A stretch of DNA of 63,031 bases, filler included, from Choristocarpus tenellus KU-1152 (GCA_964200185.2; 12 parts of 12 records of this genome joined end to end with filler, not necessarily neighbours in it); one strand, 5' to 3'; shown: positions 12,959 through 25,995, numbered from the whole stretch's first letter. The notes: generated from the sequence alone by a model not told the origin. Numbers and translations are program-made.

Positions 12959-13233
12959 GAGTGAAAGTATCTTAGAAAGTACGAGTTTTGCCCTGTTTGT
13001 CCATTTGGGACTTGGCTTCCCATGGGTTTAGTTGTGATATTTTCCTACTCCAAAATGTTTTGGACTAGGTAAAATGTACAAGTCATGAAAATGTGTGCCC
13101 ACAATTTTTTTTTTGCTGACATTTCAAATCCAACACGTACGTGCAACCAAATTACACCAAAAAAGTGAAAATCGAAGAAAGGGTGAAAAACGGACGTCGA
13201 CACCACCACCACCCCCCCCAGATACTTTGACCC
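12959..13233 (+). mobile_element. Chimeric MITE: family B left half plus family C half
   Basis: Begins gagtgaaagtatcttagaaagtacgagttttgccctg (B) and ends with the reverse complement of the family C interior plus cccccagatactttgaccc. Confidence 0.7.
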
Positions 13234-13243
13234 AGTATGATTA

Positions 13244-13497
13244 GAGTCAAATTATCTTAGAGGGTAGAGCCACGTCCGTTTGGGGGCCGAAATCTAATGT
13301 TGCGATTTTGATGTAATTTTGGCTATCATGTTTGTTAGGAAGTATCAATATCCTTGTTCCAGACAAACCTTTTCATAACGTGTACTTTTATCTACTCTAA
13401 AACGGTTTGGAGTAGGTAAAATGTAATTAAAAACCCATGGGAAGCCAATCCCCAAACGGACAAACAAGGCAAAACCCGTACCCTCTAATATACGTTC
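13244..13497 (-). mobile_element. MITE family B copy, inverted
   Basis: Reverse complement of the 16856-17113 type sequence. Confidence 0.8.
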
Positions 13498-13525
13498 CAG
13501 CGCACACGTTGCATCTGTCAGGATA

Positions 13526-13730
13526 CAGTACCTACACCAATTTTATACCAAATATTATGTACCAAACCCATTTTGTACCGCTTTTTTCGACATACTAAAA
13601 AAAATAGGCTTTTGAACCGGAATTCTCGTATTCGGGCGACTTGGTACAAAATCGGGGATATATTCACGCGAGTTTGGCGCGCGCGTAAACATTTCTCGCG
13701 AAAAGTGCCTTTCTTCCTGAGCCATGACCA
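13526..13730 (+). mobile_element. Tc1/mariner-like transposon end (TA|CAGTACCTAC...)
   Basis: TA followed by CAGT, the typical Tc1/mariner/pogo terminus. The same end starts at 14408, 56678 and 62923, each after TA. Confidence 0.6.
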
Positions 13731-14407
13731 CACAGCAGTACAGTACGTTGCTGGTAGGGGAATAAAGTGNNNNNNNNNNNNNNNNNNNNNNNNNNNNNNN
13801 NNNNNNNNNNNNNTTAATTAATTAANNNNNNNNNNNNNNNNNNNNNNNNNNNNNNNNNNNNNNNNNNNNCCATCCTCAATTTTTAAAATCCACTGTTCTA
13901 TACCTGTACCCCGGGGGGAGGAGCTAGGGATGTATCCCAAGAATCCATTAAACCCCTTCGTCCCCATTTCCCTGATGACTCCAGCTTAAATCGCATGACA
14001 CGTCTAGACAGTGCCACTTGGGTAGGTACCGAGTTATATTGTCATTGCTGTATGCGATATACCATTATACAGATTGACTCTAGTGAGGAATCCCCGATTC
14101 CATTTGTTTCCCCCTGACACATCTGCAAAATGTCAAAGGGCATAATAATAAAATTCCAGTGGAGAACCTTAGGAATCATTTGTTTCTCAATATTTTGTCA
14201 TTCACCCTTATTTCTATGGATGAAGTGGTAAGATTCAGTTGAGAGCGTTGATTTCTCTATAGTTCGAAAATTTTCTACATAGTTCAGAAACGGTCTTGTA
14301 CGCATTTATAAAAAAGGTGAGTTTCGCAGATTTATTGAAATCCTTAAAATGCAACCCTGGGTGCTTCTTCTCGTTTTCATTTCGGCTCTAAACGATGATT
14401 AGCAGTA

Positions 14408-14500
14408 CAGTACCTACCCCGATTTTGGGCCAAATATTATGAACCAAATCGAAAAATATGCAATTTTGTACCGCTTTTTTCGACATGCTAAAAAAAGTGA
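14408..14500 (+). mobile_element. Tc1/mariner-like end, truncated
   Basis: ta|cagtacctaccccgattttgggccaaatattatgaaccaaatc...gtaccgcttttttcgac. Confidence 0.55.
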
Positions 14501-14639
14501 GAGTTTATGAAGTAATCTGAGTTTTGTGGGTGGAAGAATTCTGGTTGGTTGGGGGCACAGGACAAGAGTGGCTGGGGGAAAGAAAAAGAAGGAAGCGGGA
14601 AGAGAAGGAATAGTTAAGGAAGGGACGAGATGGTTAATG

Positions 14640-16459
14640 GAAATGAGTGGTAGATAAGGGGAAGGACATCAGCCAGTCAGCGAAAAAAGGGAAAGAAAAC
14701 CAGGGGTACAAGACGAGGAGGGGAGACAAAGGCAACCTCCGAGCAAGCTTCTTCTTCGAGAATATCAGAAAAAGAGGGAGAAGAAAGAGGGATGGGAAGG
14801 GGAGCAGGAGCGATAAGGGATAGAGGATCGATATCATCAACATCGATGGCAGAGAGGTTTCAAGCGAAGTCATTGATGCGAAGGTGGAACAGGGTGGAGG
14901 TGAGGAAGTATTTTATACTCCTCGGCTTCATTCCCCTATTTATAAGGACGGGGAATGCCAGGACAACAAAGTGGCTCAAAGTATCTGGGAGGGGGGTTTG
15001 GCTGTCCATTTGGGGTCAATTTTTTCATATAGTGATCTTTGGGTGATTTGGTTGCCATACGTCGGATGGATACTGCAAATGCACTTTTCCCGATTTTGGT
15101 CCAAATGGACACCCTCGTGTAGAACCCCCCCACCCCCCCAGATACTTTGGGTCAGTACGAGCTACAGAGGATCGTGGAGGAGACAGCAGACGTGACGGAA
15201 GAGGTGGCAGCTCAGCTAGAATACTTGGCAGGTATAACGATCAGGGACTACATACCAAAGGGGAAGCTCGGGAGGAAGACTTTCAAAGGGGACTACGAAT
15301 TACCCGACAACTTCGACTGCTTTATGGCAGCCATAGTGAGGTTATGTAAATATGGGGAGAGTTGGAATAGGGGGAAACGAAGGACAGAACGGGTGATTGA
15401 TGATTTGGAAGAGGCGCGGCATAAAGTTCGCATGTTCTATGGTACCAAAAAACCAACGTTGTTAGAGAGCCCACGGATTGTGGAACTAATTGTCAGAGCA
15501 GTGGATTGTCAGAGCAGTGGAGGAGGACCTAAAGTGCTGGGAAAAGCGGTTGGCGGCAGCGGCTGATACAATAGGGAACAAATTTAACGCACCACCTCCC
15601 CGTGACACGCTGATACCACTCCCGCCGAGCCCGCACTTCACATGTGTAGAAGCGACACTGGCGCAGGCAAAGAACTGCTGCCTGCCCTGTATAGCACTGA
15701 TTCCCGCTCCCGATCCATGAAGAGGGCGGGGGCATGGGGGGAGACAAGGGCTTCAAAATCTCCCAGGGCTGAAGACAGAAATAGAGCAGGAGTGTCAAGA
15801 GGGGGGGAAGGACCTACAACCCGTATTTTTGCGTGGAAGTCAGGAAAGGAGTGTGACTTCCTGAAAAGAAATGGTTTCTGCAAATACGACCATTTCGAAG
15901 AAGGGGAAGAAGAGAAAGAGAAGGAAGCCCAGACCGAGGCCAAGGTTGAAAAAGAAAGACCCATGAAGACGCGGGCCCACCCCTATCCAGTGGGGGCCGG
16001 CAGGAAGAGACCGATGGACACCAACACTACCACGACATAGACAAGAGAGACGTCGGGGATTCCTACACCAGGGTCAATACGCCGGACACCCAAAGGTAGA
16101 GGGGGGGGGGAAAGGGGAATGACGGATGACTTCGAAGATTGGTTGAGAGCATGGCAAGATTGGAAGAGAGAAAAGGATGGGGTAATGTTAGTGGAGGGAC
16201 GGGAGGAGTTGGCAAGAAAAGGGGAAGTATTAATAGGAGAGTGTGAGGGGGACTTGGTGACTCTAGTGGATAGGTTAGGGGAAAGATGGAGTCCCAAACG
16301 GTTGAATTGGGAGACGATTGATGACCATTTGGGGAAAAAGGTTGGGTTCCCACAGATAGAGCAACTCCAACAGGTAGTGAACAAGGGAGTACCAATGTGC
16401 GTAGGGGGAATAGGCAGAGTTGAGGAGAGACTAGAGTATGGAAACCACACGAGTGCAAG
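14640..16459 (+). mobile_element. Tyrosine-recombinase retrotransposon-like (DIRS/Ngaro) fragment: disrupted gag-like ORF plus start of pol
   Basis: The gag-like frame can be rebuilt across a MITE and a 16-bp duplication and ends in a CCCH-like finger (FAWKSGKECDFLKRNGFCKYDH). The following ORF ends GVPMCVGG...LEYGNHTSA; an NHxSA motif precedes RT in these elements (recalled family knowledge). No introns. Cut by the gap before the RT core. Confidence 0.6.
14973..15153 (+). mobile_element. MITE family A with 3-bp TSD AGT, inserted in the gag-like ORF
   Basis: agt (14970-14972)|ggctcaaagtatctgg...ccagatactttgggtc|agt (15154-15156). Confidence 0.9.
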
Positions 16460-16559
16460 NNNNNNNNNNNNNNNNNNNNNNNNNNNNNNNNNNNNNNNNN
16501 NNNTTAATTAATTAANNNNNNNNNNNNNNNNNNNNNNNNNNNNNNNNNNNNNNNNNNNN

Positions 16560-16654
16560 CGTCGGATGGATACTGTAAATGCATTTTTCCTGATTTTGAT
16601 CCAAACGGACACCCTGGTCTAGATCCCCCCCCCCCCTCCCAGATACTTTGGGTC
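16560..16654 (+). mobile_element. MITE family A, right half at contig start
   Basis: cgtcggatggatactgtaaatgc...cccagatactttgggtc. Confidence 0.8.
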
Positions 16655-16855
16655 TTTGAGTGTTTTGAATGGAACCAAACATCTGAACAGTATTCCAATC
16701 GGTGCAATACCACTCAAAATATTGTACAAATAGCAAATATTGTACTTCCAGAGTCTTAACAATATTACAGACTTGAAAGAAATGTGTCCTATACAACTGC
16801 ACACATGCATGTCTGTCCCATATCACCTCATGAATTCCAGTAGTACTTCAACCAA

Positions 16856-17113
16856 GAGCGAAAGCATCTTAGAGGGTACGAGGTTTGCCCTGTTTGTCCA
16901 TTTTGGTGCTTGACTTCCCACGTTTCTTTTCATGACATTTTCCTACTCCAAAATGTTTCGGAGTAGGGAAATGTGTAAGTTATGAAAAGGTTGTTCCGAA
17001 ATAAGGATATTGACACTTCCTAACAAACACGATAGCCAAAATTACACCAAATCGCAACATTGGATTTTGGTCGCCAAATGGACGCGGCTCTACCCTCTAA
17101 GATACTTTGGCTC
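16856..17113 (+). mobile_element. MITE family B (~257 bp; TIR GAGTGAAAGTATCTTAGAGGGTA) with 4-bp TSD CCAA
   Basis: ccaa|gagcgaaagcatcttagagggta...taccctctaagatactttggctc|ccaa. Confidence 0.9.
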
Positions 17114-18038
17114 CCAAGACCATTCCTGTTCACTCCCAGCGTAAGTTATTACCAGTTGTCCCTGATTTGGTCAGATTGTTTACCACACACCCTACGTGAG
17201 AGAGTTGCTTGTTGGGCACAACATGTCACATGCTCCTTCATAGAGTCACATGATAATTTAGGATGATAAGCCTCCTTCCAATTTGCCAGGTTTCACTCGA
17301 AAACAGTTGCACATGAAGTCAAGAACACTCTTTTTTCACAAAATTATATGAAAATTTCCCTCACTCCTACAAACCACAAAACGTCAACCCCCCATCTTAT
17401 ACTACCTACAAAATTATATATACCCCAAACTCGTCCCCAAGGTCATTCATACCCTCCGACTCGTGTATGGCTCTCTCTTAGTCCTCCATCTTGATTTGCT
17501 CCTCTCTTCCTTCCCCTCTCCCCATTGATCCCGCTTCCCAGAGACACACCGTCTTCCCCTTGTTTCCTTCTCCGTGCTTAACCATCACTTCCTCCCTCCT
17601 TTCCACCCCCCCTCCCATGCATTATTCCGATATCAAAGCAATTTGTTGATCATCCGTCGACCCTGCTTCATGTTCTGTTATTAAACATTTTTCCCCTAAC
17701 ACCCCCTCTGTATAAAGCTGACAAGGGAAAATGAATACCTCAATCCCACACCCTCAGCGGAACTGGGTGTTACTGCCCCAAATGTATACTATTGCGTATT
17801 TCCATTCCGAGTACATAGCATCAATGTAGATTGGTCGGTCAACCATGCCCGAACAATTACGGAACTCAACATTATACACATCTCTCTCTTTCTTGTCCTT
17901 TTTTCAATAAAGAACAACGCCAGAGAGAGGACATTTGTTTGAGACAATTGGTAGCACAGAATGGTCCCTCCCACCCCCACCCCCCTTCTCCCCTCCCTCT
18001 TGTTCTTCTTGTTTTTGCACTACTCTTGGCTTTTGCAG

Positions 18039-18788
18039 TAATTAGACAGGACAACAGAAATTGTTTAGTTCAGGGGAAAACTACCAGCAGGACAAATATT
18101 TTCTGGGCGTACCGAGAGCACCTCAATCTGGCCGTGGCAGCCGCCATGCTCCAGTTAATAGCACTGGCTTATCGCATCGAACCCCACTGCCTGTATGTCC
18201 AGCAAACAAGAGAGAGCGAGGCACTGTATTGTTTTGTGTTGCATGTTTTGTGATTTGGGGGAGGAAAAGAAGTGATTGTGACGCAAAGCTAGCCATGGAC
18301 ACACAATCAGCCAGGGACAGTTGAACCGTAGAGCACTGTGGAAGGAACGGAGAATTCAGAGAGAAGAATGTGATATTGAGAGAGGGGGGATGAGTTACAG
18401 TGATGAGGCAAAGGGGCGGGCTGAAATATTTGAAGGAAAGAAGGACGGGGGGAAACAAACGTAGCATCGCTCACATAAACAGCAGCATAATGCACACAAT
18501 GTGGTTGAATTTGAGAGTATTCTACTATGCTGTGGCAGTTTTCGCGCTCACCCCCTATCCTTTCTTCGTGCACTACCAGAGGTGTGCAGTCTTACATATT
18601 TCCAAGAATGTTACATTGCGTTTCTGCACTATGCAGAAGCACCAAGAGTGGAGAGTACAACCCAACAGACATGGTGATATATCGCACCATGATGAGGCGA
18701 CCGTTGAGGTTTGGGGCGTGTGACATGTTCTGCACTCGCACCATGGAGCCCATCGGGTGCTTCATGCTTGCCTACTCAGATATTGAGG
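18039..18788 (+). CDS. Possible two-exon fragment of an unknown protein
   Basis: Exon 18039-18192 (...IFWAYREHLNLAVAAAMLQLIALAYRIEPHC, long polypyrimidine tract, gtatgt donor) joins in phase to 18637-18788 (STKSGEYNPTDMVIYRTMMRRPLRFGACDMFCTRTMEPIGCFMLAYSDIE). No homology recognised. Confidence 0.35.
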
Positions 18789-20571
18789 GTGGGTAGGGCA
18801 GGAGGCAGTACACACAACAACCCTTGAAACGGTTAGTTGACCTCTTATGAACAGAATGATAGCCACTCTTCTTTCATATCCACAAAGATACACAACTCCT
18901 GGACTGGAGTATTAATATCTCTGGGTCATGTTTCGTTGTTGAAGCGGTACATATGATACTCAAAACTAAGAAAGTCACTTAACGGGTGCAATGTTAGATG
19001 TTCCTACTGCATCCTTTCTTAAGTCTGATATGTTTTTCTGGAGATTGCACGGTACCCCCATGCAATATGGAACAAACCAAGCTGACCGTCTATACTAGGT
19101 GCATCTTAGGACATAGTCGCCCTATCCATCTCCCCAGCGCACCTCGAAAGAAAATGTGCCATGGGACGGAACCCAGCGTCCTGAACTAGTTCTCGTAGGG
19201 GGCTGACTTGCCCGACTCAGTCCCTTGTTATGGCAAATTCTTCAGGCGACTTCGGAAGCACCATCGGCGCTGCAAGCCCTGCAGCGAAAAATACATAGAT
19301 CAAGGTGATGCCAAGGGTTAGTAGAATTCAAAGAGGACGAAAGACGTGCAACTGGTAATACTGTCGATGATGAGATCAGAATTTAACATCCTGTGGGAAT
19401 ACGTATGTGTTCATACCAATCCCAACCCAGAAAGTACACTGAATCCCTATGAAGATGTAATTCAACATAGTTTCAATATAGAAATTAGAAACCAATGATC
19501 AGAAAAACTCGGACGTACGATGTTGGTGTAAGCGATACGAGGTGACTGTACGGCCATTACATCATGTCGGGGGAATCCTGCCACACGAAATAAATAAATG
19601 AATGAATGAATGACATTTGTGGCTCACCTGAAGTCTCCATCTCTTACCTGGTGGTGGACTTGAATCTCCAATTATTTATTTTCTTTCTGTTTTCGGATGT
19701 GATTAGTCATTTCATGATGATCAATAAATCCATTTCATGAAAACGTGACATGATGTAATGAACAGCCACCTTTAGCACACAAGTGCTAATGTATTAATGT
19801 GCCCAGTGATACGGTCTCTTCACCACCGCATGTGTCCACTCCTGCAAACGAGGAGAGTTGAGAGATAAAAATAATTGTACGATTAATTTATCTAAATCCA
19901 ACAACATTTATGCATAGTCTGTTTGCAAGGATTGATAAACCTGGTAAACTCGAGATATTACCTCTTGCGCGCATACATTCGAGTACAATTAGTCACTGTA
20001 TTGATTGGTACAGCAAAGTTGCAGAAACACTTGAGAAGAAGATTTTAGATTTTATGGTGTAGAGAGCACACCCGGGAAAAGAATATGCGCAGCAGGGTCA
20101 CCTGGTGGGGTACCTTACGCGCCATTGAGAGTAGACTCTCTGTTGACCTCTTTGGTTTTGTGGATACAAACTTTCCATGTAGACACCATATCATCATTCA
20201 TCATTTGGAGGCGAGGATACCCTACTTCAGTACGAATTTGTGTTCACATGACCTGTTAGGAGTTGTACATATTATGTGAATGTTGTGCGTATTCCGTAAG
20301 AACAAATCTAAAAGGGGGCACGTGAGTTTCTGATATTCCCCCCACTGATTTGGTATTGCGGTAGGTGAAGAAATGGTGTTATTCGCCAGCAACGATAATG
20401 TCTGTTAGAGCTCTAGGCTACTGTCTTGATATGTGTATATACACACAAGTGTATGTTGTTCCAACAAAGTTGTGTTCAATTTAGAGATAGGATATCTTGC
20501 ACGACGACATGCAGGATTTGTTACGGGGATGATCCCTGATCTCCCACTGGCAAATTCAATATATACTTTCT

Positions 20572-20750
20572 GGCTCAAAGTATCTGAGAGGGGGTGGCGT
20601 CTGTCCATTTGGGGTCAATTTTTTTATGTCGCGAGTTTGGGGTGATTTGGTTGCATACGTCAGATGGAAACTATAAATGCACTTTTCCTGATTTTGGTCC
20701 AAATGGACACCCTGGTGTAGAACACCCCCCCCCCCAGCTAGCTTTGGTGT
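20572..20750 (+). mobile_element. MITE family A copy
   Basis: Full TIRs and interior; flanked by tct on both sides. Confidence 0.85.
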
Positions 20751-23700
20751 TCTATAATTAATAACTAANNNNNNNNNNAAAATAAACTTTTTTATGCAGT
20801 GCAGGTATTTACATCCTCCCTTCTCGTGCGGGCTGGCTCCTGGTGCCCCCCCCCCCTCCCAGATACTTTGGGTCTTCTATAATGAACATTGCATTATTAC
20901 AAGATTGTTGGAACAACCGAATGACTCACTGCTGTTATGTGATACATAAATTGAGTTCAACGATGATAACTTTAGTGAAGTAGATCCAGCCACTCCTGAA
21001 ATAGACTTGTCAGAGATCGTGTCAATGAAAACCAGAGTACTACTGTGGTGTGGAATATATCCCAACACAACTTCGTGCAAAGACGAGATTCAGTTCCCAA
21101 CGACCATCGAGATAACCAAAGACGAACGTGGCTCCAAAGTTCATCTTTCGGATATGTGTAGATACTCAACCAAATCCCGCTAAAACATCCGTCGCGATTT
21201 ATGACAGAGGTGACCACATGGTATGTCTATATACATCATTATCTCAAATTCTTGCATATATTGAAACCACACCGGCTTATGAAATCGCTGCAAATGTTCC
21301 AGATTTCTTTCACACAGGTGTGTCAAAATAATACACAGAATGTATCACAAGGACTGAGTCAAAGTAAAAGAGAGACGTACCCAGGGTTGCATTTTAAGGG
21401 TGCTGACAAACATGTGCAAAATTCGGCTTTTTCTACAAATGCGTGTAGGGAATTTTTTCAATTCTGTACAAATATTTTAACAATTGGAGAAATCAACGCT
21501 CTCAAGTCAATCTTGGTACTACTTCGTCCACAGGAGCAATAAGGTCATGAGAAAAGTGGCCTAAGCTGCAAAACGGCCAAAGCTCATTACTCCCTCATGG
21601 GTTCATTGTGTTGAAAGTAAAATTGTAACATAAAATGTGGGAACACAGATACAAGACGAGCAGCACACAGTGGATGTTACATTCTGGGGTAGATTGCAGA
21701 AAACGTTTTGGGCTATAATCTGAAAGTCTATGTCGATTTCTCGCATTGGATAGATGGAAGCAAGTTGTGCATACATTCGGCCCACCAAGACCCTGATAAC
21801 AGCAGCTTGAAAATAGTTGGGATAGAAAAATTCCCCCCTCCCCCCTCCCCCCTCCCCCCTCCNNNNNNNNNNNNNNNNNNNNNNNNNNNNNNNNNNNNNN
21901 NNNNNNTTAATTAATTAANNNNNNNNNNNNNNNNNNNNNNNNNNNNNNNNNNNNNNNNNNNNGGGGGGGCAAAGAGGTATGTGAAAAAAAAAAATCTTAT
22001 TGCAGCTGTGCTGTCGGTTTTAGTCAGAGAGGTCAGACCTCGCCTGTTCCGCAAGCAGCAATATACAGTCGCAGAGCGACAAGAAAACCCATTGAGGAGA
22101 AGACAAGACTCAAGATGCTCAGACAGACACTTCACAACAACTACAATACTTTCACCTTGTCGGCTGTAGAGCTGGGGACCAGAGCCACAAGGTGCAACCA
22201 ATTCCTACCAACCCTGTAACCCCTTTACCGCGCCTGCCTGCACCAAGAACATCAAAAGCATGAATATATATATATATATGCTTTAAAGTATATATATTCG
22301 GCTAAGCCACCTCCTGAGTAATGTATGGCACGCCTCAAGGCCTCGCCTGGGTATTACATCTTCTATGCATACATGAAAACTCATGTGATGGGGATGTGGA
22401 TACATATGAGATGGAATGTGGATGTGTAGAGATTGACGCAGCTGTGTTCAAAAACGTCCCAAATCTAACAGTAGTTGCACTTTTACAGCATCATCACGAG
22501 ATAACACACACCACGGAGAAAAAAAAAAAAAAAACTGCACAAACATTCACCCCCACTGTTTGTTATCATTCCGAATCTAACATACATGACCCCTACATTC
22601 CAAACATTCATTATCTGATAACTATCGCAAACGTGGAATGATACGGCTAATAAATTTCGGGAGTAGAATACTGAGAGGCCTCCCTCCTCACCAAGCTGGG
22701 GTTTCAACACCTTCGGTGCATGAAACTCATACAGGGGCAGCTCCGGAGGCGATTGCTAGACCATATGCACTTACAGGGGCGGCTCCGGGAGCATAGCGTT
22801 CAAGCAGGGACACAAGAATTGTAGTGGGAAGGGAGGGTAGCTATGACCCCATTCCAAGGCCGCATCTAGTCTCGTTTTTTCAACTTCTTGTCCAAAATAG
22901 GACGTGAGTGCATTGTGATTTCGCTGATTTCGCCACACCTCAATCACGACCGCTCTCAAAGCACATCAACTCATGTGGATGGATGTCTAAATACCAATAG
23001 TAGACGTTGCAAAAAAAAATTACAAATTACAAATTACAAATTACAAATTGAAAAATGGTTATGTGCCTGGTACACTCTTACTACCGGGTTATAGTTACAA
23101 AAAAATAATAATAACTTGGATGAGGATGGATAGATATAGGCACCTTCTTTGGCGTTCTAATTGTGAGGTGTTTTTTCTGCACAAAATTGACAAACAAACA
23201 AAAAATCAAGTCGAGCAATACAAAATACATCAAATATACATGAGGGCATAGTCCATTTCATGACGAAAGATCTCTCGAGTACTTCTGTGAACCTACAGAA
23301 CTGGACAGCACCTGATCACTGTTGTTACAGATCTTAGTGTCTAAGAAAATATCCATCGAATGTCTCATTACCATTTCATTCACCTCAACCCCACTGGGCC
23401 TGGACCATTACGCTCTATGGCATACTACAACATTGTATTGAGGACGGATATGGCGGTGGCAGGATTATCACTGTTGGATCTCTTAATCACACAGACTCGG
23501 ACCTCATCATTGACACATTGTGGAGTCAAGCAACCAGGAGTTCAGGTTTCTTGGTTGTACAACCTGCATCAAAGTTTTCAATCTATAGCATTTTTCGTTG
23601 GATAACTTTTCTGTGCGACCTAGGGGCATACAAAACTGAAAACCCAGTTTTGAATCCCAACCCCAACATTGGAAGGCATCTCTGCAGTTACATAGACTGC

Positions 23701-23902
23701 TGCTTCTGGTGAGCAAAACATTGCCATCACAGGAAAAGCTTAGCATCAATTTAGTTACACCGAGTCAAAGTTAGGAGAGACGAGTAGAAAAAATATGATA
23801 GAAAAAAAGAAAAAGGTAAAGCATATCTCAAAAATATCTCACATCTAAAGAACCCAAGAGAGAACAATCAGCCCAGAATTAGTGATTCTCCGGTACTCTT
23901 AC

Positions 23903-25132
23903 CATGAAGGTCGTGAAGAGGTTCAGGAAGATAGGATAGTTGTACATGGGAATCGTCTCCAGCTGAGTAGGGATGTTGATTCAGCCGCGCAAAAAGCATT
24001 TGCAGGGAGGGTATTGGTGTAAGGATGTTTGAAACTTACCAAGAAATTACACCACACGGTGGGCAGTTGCAATGTACACCATGGCAAGTTAGGGGGCAGG
24101 TAGGATCTACATGAAAGGAGTCTGTTCAAAGTCGAAGGTACATGGATCAAAGCCTCCAAACAGGTACTGCTGTAGATGAAGGAGCATCACGTCCCGACAA
24201 GTTACTAAAGCACGATGCATCACGGAATGCCTACCAAAGCTGCTGGAACCAATAAGAGCTCAGCTTAAATTTATGGTGGAGGGGGAATTCTGAGAAGTAA
24301 CACGCGGAGGAATTTCTCTCCCCACCACATAATCTCTTTCCCCCTTCCTCTACCATCATGGTTTTCACAGATCAGACCTGTATTTTGTCATGATCCGCTG
24401 TTCGGTCAATGGATTGAATCTTCCTATCCAACTTGTAACCACTACCATCTCTCCCACGCAGTTTATTTCAAATCTAATATAGCAACCTAGTTGTCCCACC
24501 TTTTGCAGCACCTTGTTAGCCAGACTAACGAAAACCATGGCAATGAAGCTAAGGACCAAGCCCCTTAGGCGCTGTTTCTCAACGGATGATCGGACATGCC
24601 CCGAGTTCATTTGGTACATGCCCGAAACCTTTTATATGTGGATAGATAACGTCCAACAAAGTTAAAGGAAATTTGGGCTAAGATGAAGTCGCAGTAAGGT
24701 GAGGGGAAAAAAGACAGCGTGGGAATCGGCAGGAAGCGCATCTTGGTTGTACTTTGAAAGTGAATCCGTCACCCGTCACAGTGGGAAAGTAGAAAATGCT
24801 AGGCAAAGCAATGTGGGTTTGCCATTATGCGATCGGGATCTTCCTGGTGAACCAAACGCACTTTGCGTTCCTCCAGTGCAATCCAAAAGGTCACGCACAC
24901 TTGAAGAGGCAAATACTTTGAACTAGGGAAGCTGCAGAAGAAGACTAAACGATGTTCAACTTAGAGAATGGCAAATGGTGAAGCATCAGCACGGGTATGA
25001 GAGTACATTTACCTCGCCGAGCAGTAGATACTCCTCGACTTGCTCATCGATTGAGGGAATGTGATCTTTAGATGGCACACTTCGCAAGTGGTCGAGATAC
25101 TCCTCCGGCTGCGTAGAGAGCGCCCCAGCCAT
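23903..25132 (-). CDS. CRT-like (chloroquine-resistance-transporter-like/CLT, DMT superfamily) membrane transporter, 5' exons
   Basis: Exons 25013-25132 (MAGALSTQPEEY...LLLGE), 24500-24628 (...LRGLVLSFIAMVFVSLANKVLQK) and 23903-23962 (LETIPMYNYPIFLNLFTTFM), all phase 0. The TM1-NKVxxK...PMxNYPxFL-TM2 pattern resembles CRT-like proteins. Probable 5'UTR intron at 25149-25268. Confidence 0.7.
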
Positions 25133-25927
25133 GATATAGCGCAGTGTTCTAACACACAGGATCTGTATTTCTTAATTCTAATACCCTAGGAGCATACGCT
25201 GTCTTGGCAAAACTGGTGTAAATGTTGAACGCGTTCTCCTTGATGTTTTTGAGTTGATACTTACTCACTTTGTTTACTTTTCGACGTCGTGCGCCACCGC
25301 GCGATCCGGACGACGTTTAAAATCGACAGGGTGACACATGGTAGTTGTAGGTGGGTGCAATTAGCACCTATTATGTTGGAACGGAAAAATAACGGAACTT
25401 GTGGGTATAATGCATCGTGTCGGTTCTCTGTTGTGGACAGCCGCATGAGATCAACTATGATAGCAAAGGTGCGTGCGTCTACTACACAACATACAGAGAA
25501 GAGAATATGTATGGTTAATATAATGTTTTATGAAAGCGTAAGAAGAGGGCATAATAATATTCAAGTCAAGTGTCCAACAAGTGAAACAAAAATACACTCA
25601 CCCACCCAACTACAAAGGAGGCGTTCGAGTTCAACAGATCTTAATCAATTTCTGAGCCAACTCATCATCTGTGTCATATACTGAGTTTGTATGTTGAAGA
25701 ACGCCTACTAATTCAAGTGATCAAGTGAAATATAGTAAATATTTATAGGAGGCTACAGGAGGAAAGGAGCTGTCAAATCCGATATACGACATATATATAG
25801 TGTCTGTCACAACCCAAGTGATTCTATCAAGATGCTTCATGCGTTTTAAGCTGGAGACACCACCAGGGAGATGGGCAAGGAGGGGCTTGTTAGGTTCTTG
25901 GGATGCTTTCCTGGCTCCTCACCAGGA

Positions 25928-25995
25928 ACAGCCGATTTCAAAAATTGAGGATGGAGCTTTTCATTGAGGATGGGCTTGACCAAAATTGACTGGGA
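25928..25995 (+). mobile_element. MITE family D, truncated by gap
   Basis: aacagccgatttcaaaaattgaggatggagcttttcattgagg... Confidence 0.75.

Noticed and set aside
20877-21600. Short protein-like ORFs (21128-21331 and neighbours)
   Set aside because: No recognisable motif, splice structure or continuity.
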